The notes: a model not told the origin generated them from the sequence alone. Positions 49,330 to 63,372 are shown, counted from the first letter of the whole stretch. The stretch is DNA of 63,823 nucleotides, filler included, from Octopus bimaculoides (GCF_001194135.2; 6 parts of 6 records of this genome joined end to end with filler, not necessarily neighbours in it); one strand, 5' to 3'. Translations and numbers: made by a program.

Positions 49330-49963
49330 NNNNNNNNNNNNNNNNNNNNNNNNNNNNNNNNNNNNNNNNNNNNNNNNNNNNNNNNNNNNNNNNNNNNNNN
49401 NNNNNNNNNNNNNNNNNNNNNNNNNNNNNNNNNNNNNNNNNNNNNNNNNNNNNNNNNNNNNNNNNNNNNNNNNNNNNNNNNNNNNNNNNNNNNNNNNNNN
49501 NNNNNNNNNNNNNNNNNNNNNNNNNNNNNNNNNNNNNNNNNNNNNNNNNNNNNNNNNNNNNNNNNNNNNNNNNNNNNNNNNNNNNNNNNNNNNNNNNNNN
49601 NNNNNNNNNNNNNNNNNNNNNNNNNNNNNNNNNNNNNNNNNNNNNNNNNNNNNNNNNNNNNNNNNNNNNNNNNNNNNNNNNNNNNNNNNNNNNNNNNNNN
49701 NNNNNNNNNNNNNNNNNNNNNNNNNNNNNNNNNNNNNNNNNNNNNNNNNNNNNNNNNNNNNNNNNNNNNNNNNNNNNNNNNNNNNNNNNNNNNNNNNNNN
49801 NNNNNNNNNNNNNNNNNNNNNNNNNNNNNNNNNNNNNNNNNNNNNNNNNNNNNNNNNNNNNNNNNNNNNNNNNNNNNNNNNNNNNNNNNNNNNNNNNNNN
49901 NNNNNNNNNNNNNNNNNNNNNNNNNNNNNNNNNNNNNNNNNNNNNNNNNNNNNNNNNNNNNNN

Positions 49964-49995
<32 letters not shown>

Positions 49996-50747
49996 TTGTA
50001 CAGAATGTGTTTGTATATTAATGCAAGAGGAACCACGATCTGTAATAAAGAGCTCAATGCTTATTTAGCAGAGTTAGTAGACTGTGATAACATTTATTTC
50101 ATACCAGCAGCGGAACTACTTATTTCACTCAGTTAACTTCTTCAAAATACTGGGTAGAATTTTCCAGAAGCAAATTTATATATACGTAAAAGCAAATCAT
50201 TATAATTAAAGAATAACGTACATGCAAATTAATGACACAAAATGGCAGTGAAGAAAAAAAATGGCAAAACTATGGCCGGTTGGAATTATTTCAACTGGGG
50301 GAATTGTAATGAAAGCTATTAGTTGAATTTAGTAAATGGTTTAAAAAGAAACAAAATTTCCAGAATGAATTAATGGATGGCTTTGGCAAAAATAATGGCT
50401 TGTTATAGTTGTTAAATTTAGAGAATGTAAGAGGAGGGAATGGAAAAAATATTGGTGATATATTGGAGTTTGTTTTTCTAAAAACGCAAAACAATAAATC
50501 AAATGTTGCTAATATTGTTAGATGCAGACAGGGCTGTGAGGTTAAGAGGCTTACTTTGCAGCTATGCAGTCTCAGGTTCAATCCCACAGTGCAGTACCTT
50601 GTGTGAGTGCTTTCACCTGTACTTTGTGGGTTTTTTTTGTCACTTTAGCTATGAATTGAATCAATGAATTCAATGGGATACACTGTCTGCAAGTCATTAG
50701 GTTCAGCATATTATCCTCCAATTTCTAATTGATATATATATATATTG

Positions 50748-51078
50748 CAAGTGTCTTCTACTATAGCCTTGGGCCGACTAAAGCCTTGTGAGTGGATTTG
50801 GTAGACGGAAACTGAAAGAAGCCCGTCGTATATATGTATATATATATATATGTATGTGTGTGTGTATGTTTGTATGTGTGTGTTTGTCCCCCCAACATCA
50901 CTTCACAACCGATGCTGGTGTGTTTATGTCCCCGTAACTTAGCGGTTCGGCAAAAGAAATCGATAGAATAAGTACTAGACTTCTAAAGAATAAGTCCTAG
51001 GGTCGATTTGCTCGACTAAAAGGCGGTGCTCCAGCATGGCCACAGTCAAAAGACTGAAACAAGTAAAAGAGTAAGAGA
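50748..51078 (+). mobile_element. SINE family B, 5'-truncated
   Basis: Same family sequence. Confidence 0.8.
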
Positions 51079-51143
<65 letters not shown>

Positions 51144-51514
51144 TATATTTGTATATGCACACAACCGCGCATACACATAGCACATCCACATCCATCACTG
51201 TTTTATACACTTTCCTTCAAAATTAGCACGATTGCCAGAGACAAATATTCATGTACACACTATCACTTTATCTGAACAAAGGCAGAACAATTTCTGCAAG
51301 CACTTCAACTAAATTCAATGTATCGTGGAGCTGAACTCTTACTACAAGCTATTAGTAGCATTGCACATTAGTTTATAGACTGAACATAAAAGGCAGTATT
51401 TAGTCTGCCTGTCTGATATCCAAATATTTGTTGTTTAATGAATTGTACAATGGATACCATGTACTAAATTAGTAATTTTATAATGAATTGAAAATCATTT
51501 AGTTTTATAATTAA

Positions 51515-51726
51515 CCCTTTAGCATCCAGATTCCTCTGTCAAATGTAATGTTTTCGTTATATATGTTGCTTTGAATTAATCATGCACTGTCTCATAGATT
51601 TGAGATTTCGATGATGTGACTGCTTACGTTTAGAATGACATTGTAGAGTTGGTGTGAGAGGCAGGATCTGAATGTAAAACAGGTAGAATATTTTGGCCAG
51701 CTATGGCCGGTTTAAATGCTAAAGGG
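51515..51726. mobile_element. piggyBac-type MITE (same family)
   Basis: TTAA|CCCTTTAGC...GCTAAAGGG|TTAA. Confidence 0.85.
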
Positions 51727-52045
51727 TTAATAATTAACATTTATAGTTTCAGGGTGGGTGGGCACTGCTTATCCAGTGTAGCATATTCAGACTATAGGTA
51801 CCTTATTTCCTAATATATATCTTTTAACTTTTACTTGTTTCAGTCATTAGACTGTGGCCATGCTGGTGCACCACCTTGAAGAGTTTTGAGTCGAATGAAT
51901 TGGACCCAGTATTTATTGTTTTTTTTTTTTAAGTCTGGTATTTGTCTTGTCAGTCTCTTTTGCCCAACTGCTAAGTTACAAGGACACAAGCACACCAACA
52001 TTCGGTATTCCTTATGAGGAATACCGAATGGCTTGGTAAAAAAAC

Positions 52046-52159
52046 TCGGACACTCCCATGTCCCTGGCAATGGACCTGATTGACTTGGAGGGATCATTGT
52101 CAATCATGGCTAGGATCTCACCAACAAATTCAGGAGTTCTTTTCTCATCAGAACAATCA
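52046..52159 (-). mobile_element. Tc1/mariner-superfamily transposase HTH fragment
   Basis: RTPEFVGEILAMIDNDPSKSIRSIARDMGVSEF, running into an N-gap. Confidence 0.65.
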
Positions 52160-52521
52160 NNNNNNNNNNNNNNNNNNNNNNNNNNNNNNNNNNNNNNNNN
52201 NNNNNNNNNNNNNNNNNNNNNNNNNNNNNNNNNNNNNNNNNNNNNNNNNNNNNNNNNNNNNNNNNNNNNNNNNNNNNNNNNNNNNNNNNNNNNNNNNNNN
52301 NNNNNNNNNNNNNNNNNNNNNNNNNNNNNNNNNNNNNNNNNNNNNNNNNNNNNNNNNNNNNNNNNNNNNNNNNNNNNNNNNNNNNNNNNNNNNNNNNNNN
52401 NNNNNNNNNNNNNNNNNNNNNNNNNNNNNNNNNNNNNNNNNNNNNNNNNNNNNNNNNNNNNNNNNNNNNNNNNNNNNNNNNNNNNNNNNNNNNNNNTTTA
52501 CCCATTGCACCCTGTATACAT

Positions 52522-52580
<59 letters not shown>

Positions 52581-53040
52581 TACTTATATATATATTTATA
52601 TGTATGTAAACATATATATATATATGTATGTAAGTGTGTATGTGTGTAGCTATGTATGTATGTACATATGTAGGTACATGCCTTAAAAAAGCTTTTAAGG
52701 CAATGCTCCAGTATGGCCGCAGTCTAATGACTGAAACAAGTAAAAGAATATAAAAATAGGCATAGCTGTATGGTAAGTTTGCTTCCCAACCACATGGTTC
52801 TGGGTTCAGTCCCACTGTGTGGTACCTTGTACAAGTATCTTCTACTATAGCTGACCAAAACATTGCGAGTAGATTTAGCTGATGGAAACCCATTATTATG
52901 TATTTGTGTATGTATGTATTTGTGTATGTATGTATTTGTGTGTGTTTGTGTTTATGTGTATGTGTATATGTATGTATCTGTTTGTGTGTGGGTGGTTGGG
53001 TGTGTATCTGTTTGTGTGTATCTTTGTGTGTGTTTATGCA

Positions 53041-53078
<38 letters not shown>

Positions 53079-53392
53079 TGTGTCTGTGTGAGTTTGCTTC
53101 TCATTGTCTTGACATTCTGTGATACTTGTAAACGAGTGTCACTGCCATACAAAATGTGACATTCATTTCCTGTTTTTGTACAAGAACACGTCTGGCCTTT
53201 GGGGAAAATTTTACCTTTCTTGGCAACAGGTATGCATCCATGACAGCAGCTGTAAAAAAAAATCTCCCTCATAAAACTCCATCAGACACAGGTAAGCACA
53301 AAAATGTGAGTATCAAAATGTTGCTGATTCTTTTCCTTCTTTATTCATATTATCTACTTATTCCTTTTCTCTTTTTTTTTTTTTGCAGTTTG

Positions 53393-54427
53393 ATGATGGA
53401 CGTTATTCAGAAGATGGAACAAGGTGTCAGAGAGAACAATGACACTGTACCAAGATTCAACCAAACTTTATCGGTCAAAGATTTCCAAGACATTCTATCG
53501 GAGAATAACCACTGGATGGAACCGTCGACCGAAGTGTGTCTTATAGTGGCCTATTCTCTCGTTATGATATTTGGCATAGTTAGCAATTTCCTAGTTTGCT
53601 ATGTCGTATATCGGAACAAACAACTATGGTACCCGCTCAACTTCCTCATTGTAAACTTGGCTATATGTGATGTGTTTCTCAGTTTCAGCCTACCGTTGAC
53701 ACTATCGAAGCTAATTCTTCAGTTCTGGATCTTCGGAAACATTATGTGTAAAATTACCTCGGCAGTACAGACTTTGGTAACGTTTGTGTCAACGTTTACG
53801 ATTGTATCGATTGCTATCGAACGATACCACATCATTGTGAACAATAAAAACAGAGCAAAGACTAACCAGGCCATTGTCGTTGGCAACATTTTGGTAATCT
53901 GGACGGCAGCGCTTTGCTTAAGCATCCCCATGTTTATATTCCATCGCGTCGACAAAAAGGAGATCATACCAACACTGCTCGTCTACGAGATATGCATCGA
54001 GACGTGGTCATCGTATGTCGCTCGTGCCACTTTTACATCCTGTCTTGTACTGTTACAGTATCTATTCCCCTTGATTCTTATCATCGCGATGCACTACCAA
54101 ATCTACAATTACTTGCGGCAACAGATCCTGAAAAGTTTCATCTATGACAAACGGACTATAAAGATCTACAAACGCAACAAGAGGAACCTTATCATTCTCA
54201 CGACCACCACCATGACGTTTGCCATCACATGGCTCCCAGTTACCATTTTAAATGTTCTGGTGGATTATGACCACCGGCTCTTCGGTGGATCGAACTTCAA
54301 TCTCACCTACTCCATATGTCTTTTGATAGCCATCAGTTCAGTCTCCATTAACCCTATTGTCTATGGGTTATTAAATAGCAAATTTAGGGCAGCACTTTCT
54401 GATATTTCGCCCTTTACCATGCTGTAA
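53393..54427 (+). CDS. Class A GPCR, neuropeptide Y/F receptor-like (344 aa, single coding exon)
   Basis: Seven hydrophobic segments; N-glycosylation sequons NDT and NQT; NLAICD (TM2), WIFGNIMCK (ECL1), IAIERY (TM3), CIETW (ECL2), LQYLFP (TM5), FAITWLPVTILN..D (TM6), NPIVYG (TM7). A strong poly-T/GCAG acceptor at 53388 just before ATG 53393 makes this the likely start rather than 53156. Confidence 0.85.
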   Translation: MMDVIQKMEQGVRENNDTVPRFNQTLSVKDFQDILSENNHWMEPSTEVCLIVAYSLVMIFGIVSNFLVCYVVYRNKQLWYPLNFLIVNLAICDVFLSFSLPLTLSKLILQFWIFGNIMCKITSAVQTLVTFVSTFTIVSIAIERYHIIVNNKNRAKTNQAIVVGNILVIWTAALCLSIPMFIFHRVDKKEIIPTLLVYEICIETWSSYVARATFTSCLVLLQYLFPLILIIAMHYQIYNYLRQQILKSFIYDKRTIKIYKRNKRNLIILTTTTMTFAITWLPVTILNVLVDYDHRLFGGSNFNLTYSICLLIAISSVSINPIVYGLLNSKFRAALSDISPFTML

Positions 54428-54634
54428 AAAAGAAGGGGTTGAGCACTGTGGGGTTTGCTAAATATTTAATTCTTGTGTTATTCTAGGAATGTTGCAATCT
54501 CCAAACTGAATTGACTTCTTGAACTTAATAACTATTTTTCCCTGATATTTGCAATGTTATTACAATGTGTATACATGCAGGTGAATGTTAAACATACTGA
54601 TGAATATTTTATATAATATATGCATATATATATA

Positions 54635-54669
<35 letters not shown>

Positions 54670-54984
54670 GCATGTATTTGTGCTTGTGTGCGTGCATGTG
54701 TGTATATATGTGTATGTCTGGATTGGTATAATTTGGATACAAAAGACACACATAGATAAACTTATGTATGTATGTATGTGTATATATATATATACATATG
54801 TATACATGCACATACATATACACAGTGTAATATATATGTGAAAGCATTATATGTATTGTATAGTTGTAAAATGTCTATGACATCCTCTTCCGAAAGGTAA
54901 TTATTGTACATTCAGGTAAGTCATATCTGTCTTGAAACCACAAACTGATATATATATATATATGTTTGTATATAAGTGTGTATG

Positions 54985-55017
<33 letters not shown>

Positions 55018-55247
55018 NNNNNNNNNNNNNNNNNNNNNNNNNNNNNNNNNNNNNNNNNNNNNNNNNNNNNNNNNNNNNNNNNNNNNNNNNNNNNNNNNNN
55101 NNNNNNNNNNNNNNNNNNNNNNNNNNNNNNNNNNNNNNNNNNNNNNNNNNNNNNNNNNNNNNNNNNNNNNNNNNNNNNNNNNNNNNNNNNNNNNNNNNNN
55201 NNNNNNNNNNNNNNNNNNNNNNNNNNNNNNNNNNNNNNNNNNNNNNN

Positions 55248-55304
<57 letters not shown>

Positions 55305-56014
55305 AATGTATGTTTGAGACTATTTTTATATATGTATATACAGATATATATATATGTGTGTGTGTATACATATATATACATACATATGCTTGCTATATAT
55401 GCATAGCATAAAATCAAATTGTAAATGGTCAGGGAATGATGTTCAATGTATTTTTGCTGTGATATGCATGAAGAAAGTACCCCAATGGTGAGATTCTTCA
55501 TAAAAGTCTCTTGGAGACAACAGAAAGGATGGTGATGATAGAACCTCAGAATTCTTACTTATTTTTATCATTCTAATAATATTTAAAACAAAACCCATGA
55601 GAAAACAAAAGGGAGGGTCTTAGTTTGAGTGGAGCCCAAAAGTTGACCCCTATGAAAAAATGTTTCTTATATTTGCTTTTAGCAAAGTGTGTGTTTGTGT
55701 GTGTGTGTATATATATATATGTATATATATATGTTGAGTTTTCAGTTAAATTCTTTACTCCGTCTCTGTTTGCCATTGTCAATCCATTTTGACATGAGTG
55801 ATGAAATGAGGGAAATTTTATTGTTTATTCAAATTTTAAGAAATGACGAACAAAAAGTTTACTGCAAAAGAGTAAAACTTATAAAGAAAGAAGGAAAAAA
55901 AAAAAAACACACAACTCTCCAATAAAAATATTTTTCATGTTAATTCAAATATTGGAAATGATTAAAATAAGGAAAAAAAAAAAAATAATAACCCAATGAA
56001 TTTTTCTGACAACT

Positions 56015-56051
<37 letters not shown>

Positions 56052-56364
56052 TACACACACTAATATTGAAAAATGAGAATGAATTCTCAACACAAAGTTG
56101 GTGGGTAAATATTCTTTATTTGTTATCCTCAAATCCCGTACAGTCTCGTGTAACTTCTTGTATTTTCATCCAAGACAGAGACGAGTACGAACATTCTCAT
56201 GTAGCAGGCTTGATAATTGTTGAGTGATTCCCACCACGAAACCATTGGTAGCCTTGTTAACTCACAAATAAAATTAATGAGTACATATATATAAATATAT
56301 ATATATATATTCATACACATATATATATACACATACATATAGTGTGTATATATATATATGTATG

Positions 56365-56409
<45 letters not shown>

Positions 56410-56789
56410 ATATACACACACACACTCAAGTGGCATCTATATACAGCTAAGTCGGACTGTGTTATTTGTTGTTGCCGTTAATCTTAAATCAACCCTAATT
56501 GAGTAGATCTGTGATCAAATGTATTCCACCCATGACCATCTCATCTGTTATTGAAACACATTACTTCTACATTACATTATCTAATTTCTCACATTTTTTT
56601 TTGTTAAGATGTGAGGGTGGTGTAATTCAAGAGGAATTTAGCTGTTATTTCTAGCAAGCCAAGTTTCTGCTTAGACGTTCCCTCAATCGGGTCATCTGTC
56701 TGTCATAAAAACCATGTTGTCGCAGGTGTCAAGTATGCGTTATGGCCCTTTCTTCACCTGAGTATTTGATGGTTAGGATTTAAAAAATG

Positions 56790-57160
56790 TTTTTACTTGT
56801 TTCAGTCACTGGACTGTGGCCATGCTGGGGCACCACCTTGAAGGGTTTAGTCGAACAAATCGATCCCTGTACTTGAGACTTTTAAGCCTGTTACTTACTC
56901 CCTCAGTCTCTGTTTTTTGAATTGCTAAGTTACAGGGATGTAAACAAACCAACACCAGTTGTGAAATGGTGATGGTGGTCAAACACAGAGACAAACACAC
57001 ACACACGCACACATATATATATGACAGGCTTCTTTCAGTTTCTATGTACCAAACCCACTCACAAGCATGTGGTTGACTTGGGCATTGTGTGGTACCCAAG
57101 GTATCACACAGTGGGATTGAACTTGGAACCATGTGATTGAGAAGCAAACCGCTCACTACA
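56790..57160 (-). mobile_element. SINE family B, diverged
   Basis: Same family sequence, minus strand. Confidence 0.7.
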
Positions 57161-57164
57161 CAAT

Positions 57165-57239
<75 letters not shown>

Positions 57240-60200
57240 AGGTATATACATATGTGTGTGTGTGTTTGTATGTATAGAACAGGCTTCTTTCAGTTCCATC
57301 TACCAAATACTCTCACAAGGCTTTGGTCAGCCAAAGGCTGTAGTAGACAAAACTTGCCCAAGGTGCCATGCAGTGGAACTGAACACAGAACCATGTAGTT
57401 GAGAAGCAGACTTCTTACCACCTGGCCACACATGTGCCTCAGATATTTGTAACAACTGCTTTAATCAACTGACCACTTCCATGTCATAGGACTCCTCAGT
57501 TTGAACAGGCCTGGGGCTAATGACTACAAGAATGGTCTTAGGAACTTTCTACATTTTTGTGGGGGTTTTTTGACCTACTAGAAATAGCAGCATAATTTCC
57601 TTCAAGTCACATCCTACTGTCTTGGAGAGTGTCTGGAACCCCTGTAGTCATTGGCTTGCTCAGTTAGGATTGATCTAAATCTCTGCAACAACAACAACAG
57701 CAACTATAACAATAATAATTTCAATGATTGTCAAGCGCAGTCAATAAGCTTGGCGAGGGATGAGCTCCACTACACAGTCCAGTCCTGCCTTTAAGACACA
57801 GGCCCAATGCATGAATATAATGATATTCGATGATGACCTTGCAGCCTCGCAACTCTGTGACATATATAACTTTCCATAGTTATATATGGAAGGAAGTATC
57901 TGCCAAAAAAGAAAACTTGTATACAATCACACATAAATTTAGATTATACATACAAGAAATATTTTATATACGCACATTCTATTTATTAATTGGTTGTTTC
58001 TGATGTTACTGTTTGACCAGAGGCCAGCTCGGATTGAGTTGGGCAGACCTATGATGAAAGACACTCCAGCCATGACCGTTTTTCTTATTTTTTATCAAAT
58101 GTAAAAATACATTATTTAATGTGTCCGCCCATATTTTTTCTTTTAAAAGACTCAAAAGTTTGATATGAGGGATATTTGGTGGTGCTATATTTAGCAGATT
58201 GACTGACCTCTTTTGGAAGGTACTGGTCCCTTCTAATTTCAATATTCTAGTGATTCTGCAATGTTATGCTTTGACTCTTTTGGTACCTACCCACTAAAGA
58301 CTATCCTGTGGTCTGTGACAAAAAACTTCCTATTCTTAAAGGATCCACATTGAAACTTTTCATATTAATTTTATGTTATGTTCCAAGCACCAGATGAATA
58401 ATGACAAAGTTATTTTATTAAATTCTTCATTATTTAAAAAATTATTTGAAACAAAGGCAATATATTTCAACAGAAATATGGTAACAAAAGTGTTAAAGTG
58501 ATCAAAATTATAATCTTTCATCAAAATGTTTTGTTAATTTTCATTCCAGATACCAGCTTAATAACAAGGAAGTTATTTTACTAAATTCTTTTTTTCCATT
58601 CTCAGTTCAAACATTGTTATGGCCAACTTGGGTGTTAGACACAATCTACCGTTTTGTTTAGCGCCACCATCACTTTATCCTTGGGTGCCTTTAGCAGACT
58701 GTTTTGTTATAAGTATTCATGTCAGGTCTCCAGTTTGTGCATACTTTCATTCCAAACTTGGACCAGTCTTGGAGCGGAATGAGACAGCTGGGCACAGGTT
58801 TGGGTGCTGACAATTTTGGCATGGCTGATATTGGACATTCAACCAGTTTTGGTGATAGTTCTGGAAGCAAACATACACACACACACACATGCACGCAAAT
58901 ATGCACTTAAAGAGAGATTGCAACTTATTAATTGAATATACTCATACACATAAAAAGAAATGTGTTCACACACTCTCTCTCTCTCTCTCTCTTTCCCTCT
59001 CGCTTTTTCTCTTCCTCTGTCTGCCTCTCTCTCTCTCTCTCTGGCCAGGTAACCTTGTACCTCCTCTATAGCAAGGCACTAGTCTCTGTCTCTCTGCTAC
59101 ACTCTGACCTTTCATCATCTGACACTAGGTCACCTCCTCCAATGCCCCCCCCCTACCCTCTCAAAAATCCCTTGTCTTGCAAGTTACTTGGTGACCCTGC
59201 CAGTGGTGGTGCCACATAAAAAGCATCCAGTCTGCACTGTAAAGTGGTTGGCATTTGGAAGGGCATCCAGCTGTAAAAACTAAACCAAAACTGACCTCAT
59301 CTGTGCTGGTGCCATATAAAAATAACTCAGTCCGCACTGTGAAGTGGTTAGCATTTGGAAGGGCATCCATCCATAAAAACCCTGCCAAAACAGACTCAGT
59401 AGCCTGGGATAGTCTTCTATCTGGCCAGCTCCTGTCAAACTGCCCAACCCATGCCAACATGGAAGACAGATGTTAAACAATGATGATGATGATGTATATT
59501 CTTTTACTTGTTTCAGTCATTTGACTGCGGCCATGCTGGAGCACCGCCTATAGTCAAGCAAATCGACCCCAGGATTTATTCTTTGTAAGCCTAGTACTTA
59601 TTCTATCGGTCTCTTTTGAGACCGATAGAATAAGTACTAAGGGGGACATAAACGCACCAGCATCGGTTGTCAAGCAATATTGGTGGGGACAAACACAGAC
59701 ACACAAACATACACACACACACATACATACATTCTGCTTTCAGAGAGAGTGAGTGGGAGAGAGCGAAAGAAACATTATAATTAATGTCAGATGTCAAATA
59801 AGTCAGCATCGATTCAGTAATGCTAAATCGATGATGCCAAAACAGCTATGCCAAAATGTCTTTCATCCATCTTGGAGGCTCTGTAAAGAATCATAGGTAG
59901 TGCATTCCTTGTGACTTGGCACTAAAAGAAAAAAAAAAATGATGTAAAGAGAAGATACTGGTAAAAAAAAAACTTTTCAACACATGAATTCTAGCCGAAG
60001 TAAATGCAATACTTATGCGGTGTAAACATTGCTGGATTATGGACAATGTAACCATGTAAGTTTCAAATCTTACCACTACAAACAGTGAGTTGTGCCCCCG
60101 ACTACATCATGTAATCAAGGCTGATAACTCTTGTTCACACTTGACTAATTACAAACACGTAACTGTAAAGAGAACAGAAGATCAAAATGATTAAAAAAAA

Positions 60201-61325
60201 ACAATAGGTTCCTCTCCAGTTTCACGGTTGAGTGGTTTGTGGTAAAAAAAAAAAATACCATCCAAACTTAAAAAAAAAAAAAATCACACTAACATAAAAA
60301 AATTATTCGTCCTACCTATGAATCATGGGAAAAGGGTGTAAAAACTGAAAAAAAATAAATGAATAAAATAATGATAATTAAAAAGATAATTATATAATTA
60401 TTTCTTCATTGTTTTTTAATCAGAGGATTTCTGTGATAAGTAAAAAAATATGTAGTTGATTCTTTCAGAAATGCTGGAGTTTTTGTTCTTGTAATTTCTG
60501 GTTGATGTCTATAAGCATGGAAAAATGGATGTTAAAATAATGAGGGTGATTATATCATGATATTACAAGAACAGAATTATTATATAGACAATAAATTTAC
60601 CATTTTTTTTTTTTGTGGATGTATAGTAGCTCTCACCTCAGTACACCTTGAGTATATTAGCTCTGTCTGTTATGATAGATTTAACTTCATCAAAGTGTGT
60701 CTCCAATTAAGATTAGTCTCTTTGAACGTAAAATGTTATTAACTGGAGAAGTCTGCACTCCTGCAATTAGCCCCAGAAATTCTTAACAACTGCTTTGATT
60801 TTATGATGCGCTGGAGATAAAACCAAACTTTTCTGGTGTTGCACTTTGTCTGGAAAGTTTAAAAAAACAAATGTTTCAAAGCTGAAAATTAGAAATTAAA
60901 AAACGAAAGAGAGAACTATTTGAAAACTTTGTGTGCTGTTGGTTGTAGTTTTTGTATTGCAAAATTTTGAATTTCTGAGATGTCACTGTCTGGCGAATGA
61001 TTTGATCTGAGACTGTTGAAACCGAAATGCTTACAGTATGGAAGATACATTTAAACCATTCGAAAACACATAAAGACTGTTAACTATACTTACTCTCTTT
61101 TTACTTGTTTCAGTCATTTGACTGCGTCCATGCTGGAGCACCACCTTTAGTCGAGCAAGTAATCGACCCCAGGACTTATTCTTTGTAAGCTTAGTACTTA
61201 TTCTATCGGTCTCTTTTGCCGAACCGCTAAGTTACGGGGACGTAAACACACCAGCATCAGTTGTCAAGCGATGTTGGTGGGGGGGGGGAGGAGGGACAAA
61301 CACAGATACACAAACATATACACAC

Positions 61326-61369
<44 letters not shown>

Positions 61370-61743
61370 TGTTGGCACTCCGTTGGTTATGATGTCGAGG
61401 GTTCCAGTTGATCCGTTCAACGCAACAACTTGCTCGTGAAATTAACGTGCAAGTGGCTGAGCACTCCACAGACACATGTACCCTTAACGTAGTTCTCGAG
61501 GTGACACAGAGTGTGACAAGGCTGGCCCTTTGAAATACAAGTACAACAGAAACAGGAAGTAAGAGTGAGACAAAGTTGTGGTGAAAGAGTACAGCAAGGT
61601 TCGCCACCCACCCTCTGCCAGAGCCTCGTGGAGCTTTAGGTGTTTTCGCTCAATAAACACTCACAATGCCTAGTCTGGGAATTGAAACCGCGATCCTACG
61701 ACCGCAAGTCCGCTGCCCTAACCACTGGGCCATTGCGCCTCCA
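61370..61743 (-). mobile_element. tRNA-derived SINE (another family)
   Basis: Minus-strand head GGAGGCGCAATGGCCCAGTGGTTAGGG...GGTTTCAATTCCC. Confidence 0.7.
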
Positions 61744-61784
61744 CTCCCTCTCAGTACTAGAAACAGCGTTAACAACATTTATTA

Positions 61785-62150
61785 CTCTTTTACTTGTTTC
61801 TGTCATTTGACTGCGGCCATGCTGGAACACTGCCTTTAGTCGAACAAATCGACCCCAGGACTTATTCTTTGTAAGCCTGGTACTTAATCTATCGGTCTCT
61901 TTTGCCGAACCGCTAAGTTATGGGGACGTAAACACACCACCATCAGATGTCAAGCGATGTTGAGGGGGACAAACACAGACACACAAACATATATATATAA
62001 ATACATATATATATACATATATACGACGGGCTTTTTTCAGTTTCCGTCTACCAAATCCACTCACAAGGCTTTGGTCGGCCCGAGGCTATAGTAGAAGACA
62101 CTTGCCCAAGGTACCACGCAGTGGGACTGAACCCGGAACCATGTGGTTAT
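61785..62150 (-). mobile_element. SINE family B, near full length
   Basis: Reverse complement of the 41702-42085 family sequence. Confidence 0.85.
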
Positions 62151-62592
62151 TAGTTTTATATTTTTAGGAAGACCATGCTGAGTAAAATGCTTGGTGGTAT
62201 TTTAGGTAGATGTAGAGAGAGGAAAATGAACAGCACCAGGCAAGAACAGTTGTTTTTGCTACAGCAATTTACCTTCACTGATTTATTCAATCAGTACAGC
62301 TGTAATCTAGAGTAAAAATTGATCTCATTTCAGTCAATAATTCCTACCAGAAGGTGTCTGGTTTATAAATACATGTTATTCCCAACCTAACACTTTGTGA
62401 TGTATTTCAAGGTATTGACTTGTTCCCTAGGGAATGGTAAATGCCAAATGGTTAAAAACAGGTAACAGTGATTTCTAATCAACTTTTGAATTTTATCCAA
62501 GACTACTTATTGACTGGTTTTCGATGTAATCACCACAGAAATAAACCTTATCTAAATATATATATATATGTGTGTGTGTGTGAGTGTGTATA

Positions 62593-62626
<34 letters not shown>

Positions 62627-62726
62627 NNNNNNNNNNNNNNNNNNNNNNNNNNNNNNNNNNNNNNNNNNNNTTAATTAATTAANNNNNNNNNNNNNNNNNN
62701 NNNNNNNNNNNNNNNNNNNNNNNNNN

Positions 62727-62757
<31 letters not shown>

Positions 62758-62936
62758 TTCTGCCCTCACCATAACCACCCCCGCTACCATAACCATAACC
62801 ATCATCACCACCACCACTATCATCACTGATAAAAAGTACCAGTTGTACTCTAGGATCAATGTAACTGACTTACCTCCCTCCCGCCCTCAAACTTGCTGGC
62901 TTTGTGCCAAAATTTGAAATAATATTAATAATAATA

Positions 62937-62980
<44 letters not shown>

Positions 62981-62984
62981 CTCC

Positions 62985-63175
62985 ACTTTAGCGATGGCAG
63001 TGGTATTGTTTTCAGTTGTGTTTGTTTGTTTATCTGTGGACAAGGTATCTCAAGAACTGCTGGATGGATTCAGATGAAACTTTCAGGGATGTTTGACCTC
63101 ATGACTGGCCCAAACTGATTAGGTTTTGGGATCAATCCAGTACCAGACAAAGATTCTGGATTATGTTTCCTATTT
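62985..63175 (+). mobile_element. HINE/DINE-1-like (Helentron-associated) fragment
   Basis: (GTTT)n followed by ATCTCAAGAACTGCTGGATGGATT..GATGAAACTT, resembling the conserved block of such elements. Confidence 0.35.
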
Positions 63176-63372
63176 TTTTTTTTTTTCACGTAATTTTTTA
63201 AAGCAGTCAGGTTCATTTTTAGTATTCTCATTTGTGAGAGCAGTCAAGTTTATTTCAGATATTCCCATTTTAAAAATCATCTCTGCCTAATCGCTGAGAG
63301 GACATTGGTGTTGCCTTGGTGGAGGTTTGTGCCCTCTGAGTGCTCTTGTTGTTATTATTATTATTATCATTA

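Noticed and set aside
53156-53392. 79-aa N-terminal extension of the GPCR ORF
   Set aside because: Starts at a non-ATG codon in repeat sequence and crosses a poly-T tract plus a strong splice acceptor; likely intron/UTR.
57741-60870. Strong-looking minus-strand acceptors near 57905, 59925 and 60852
   Set aside because: The frames close quickly, donors are weak and no peptide is recognisable; such tracts are common in AT-rich DNA.
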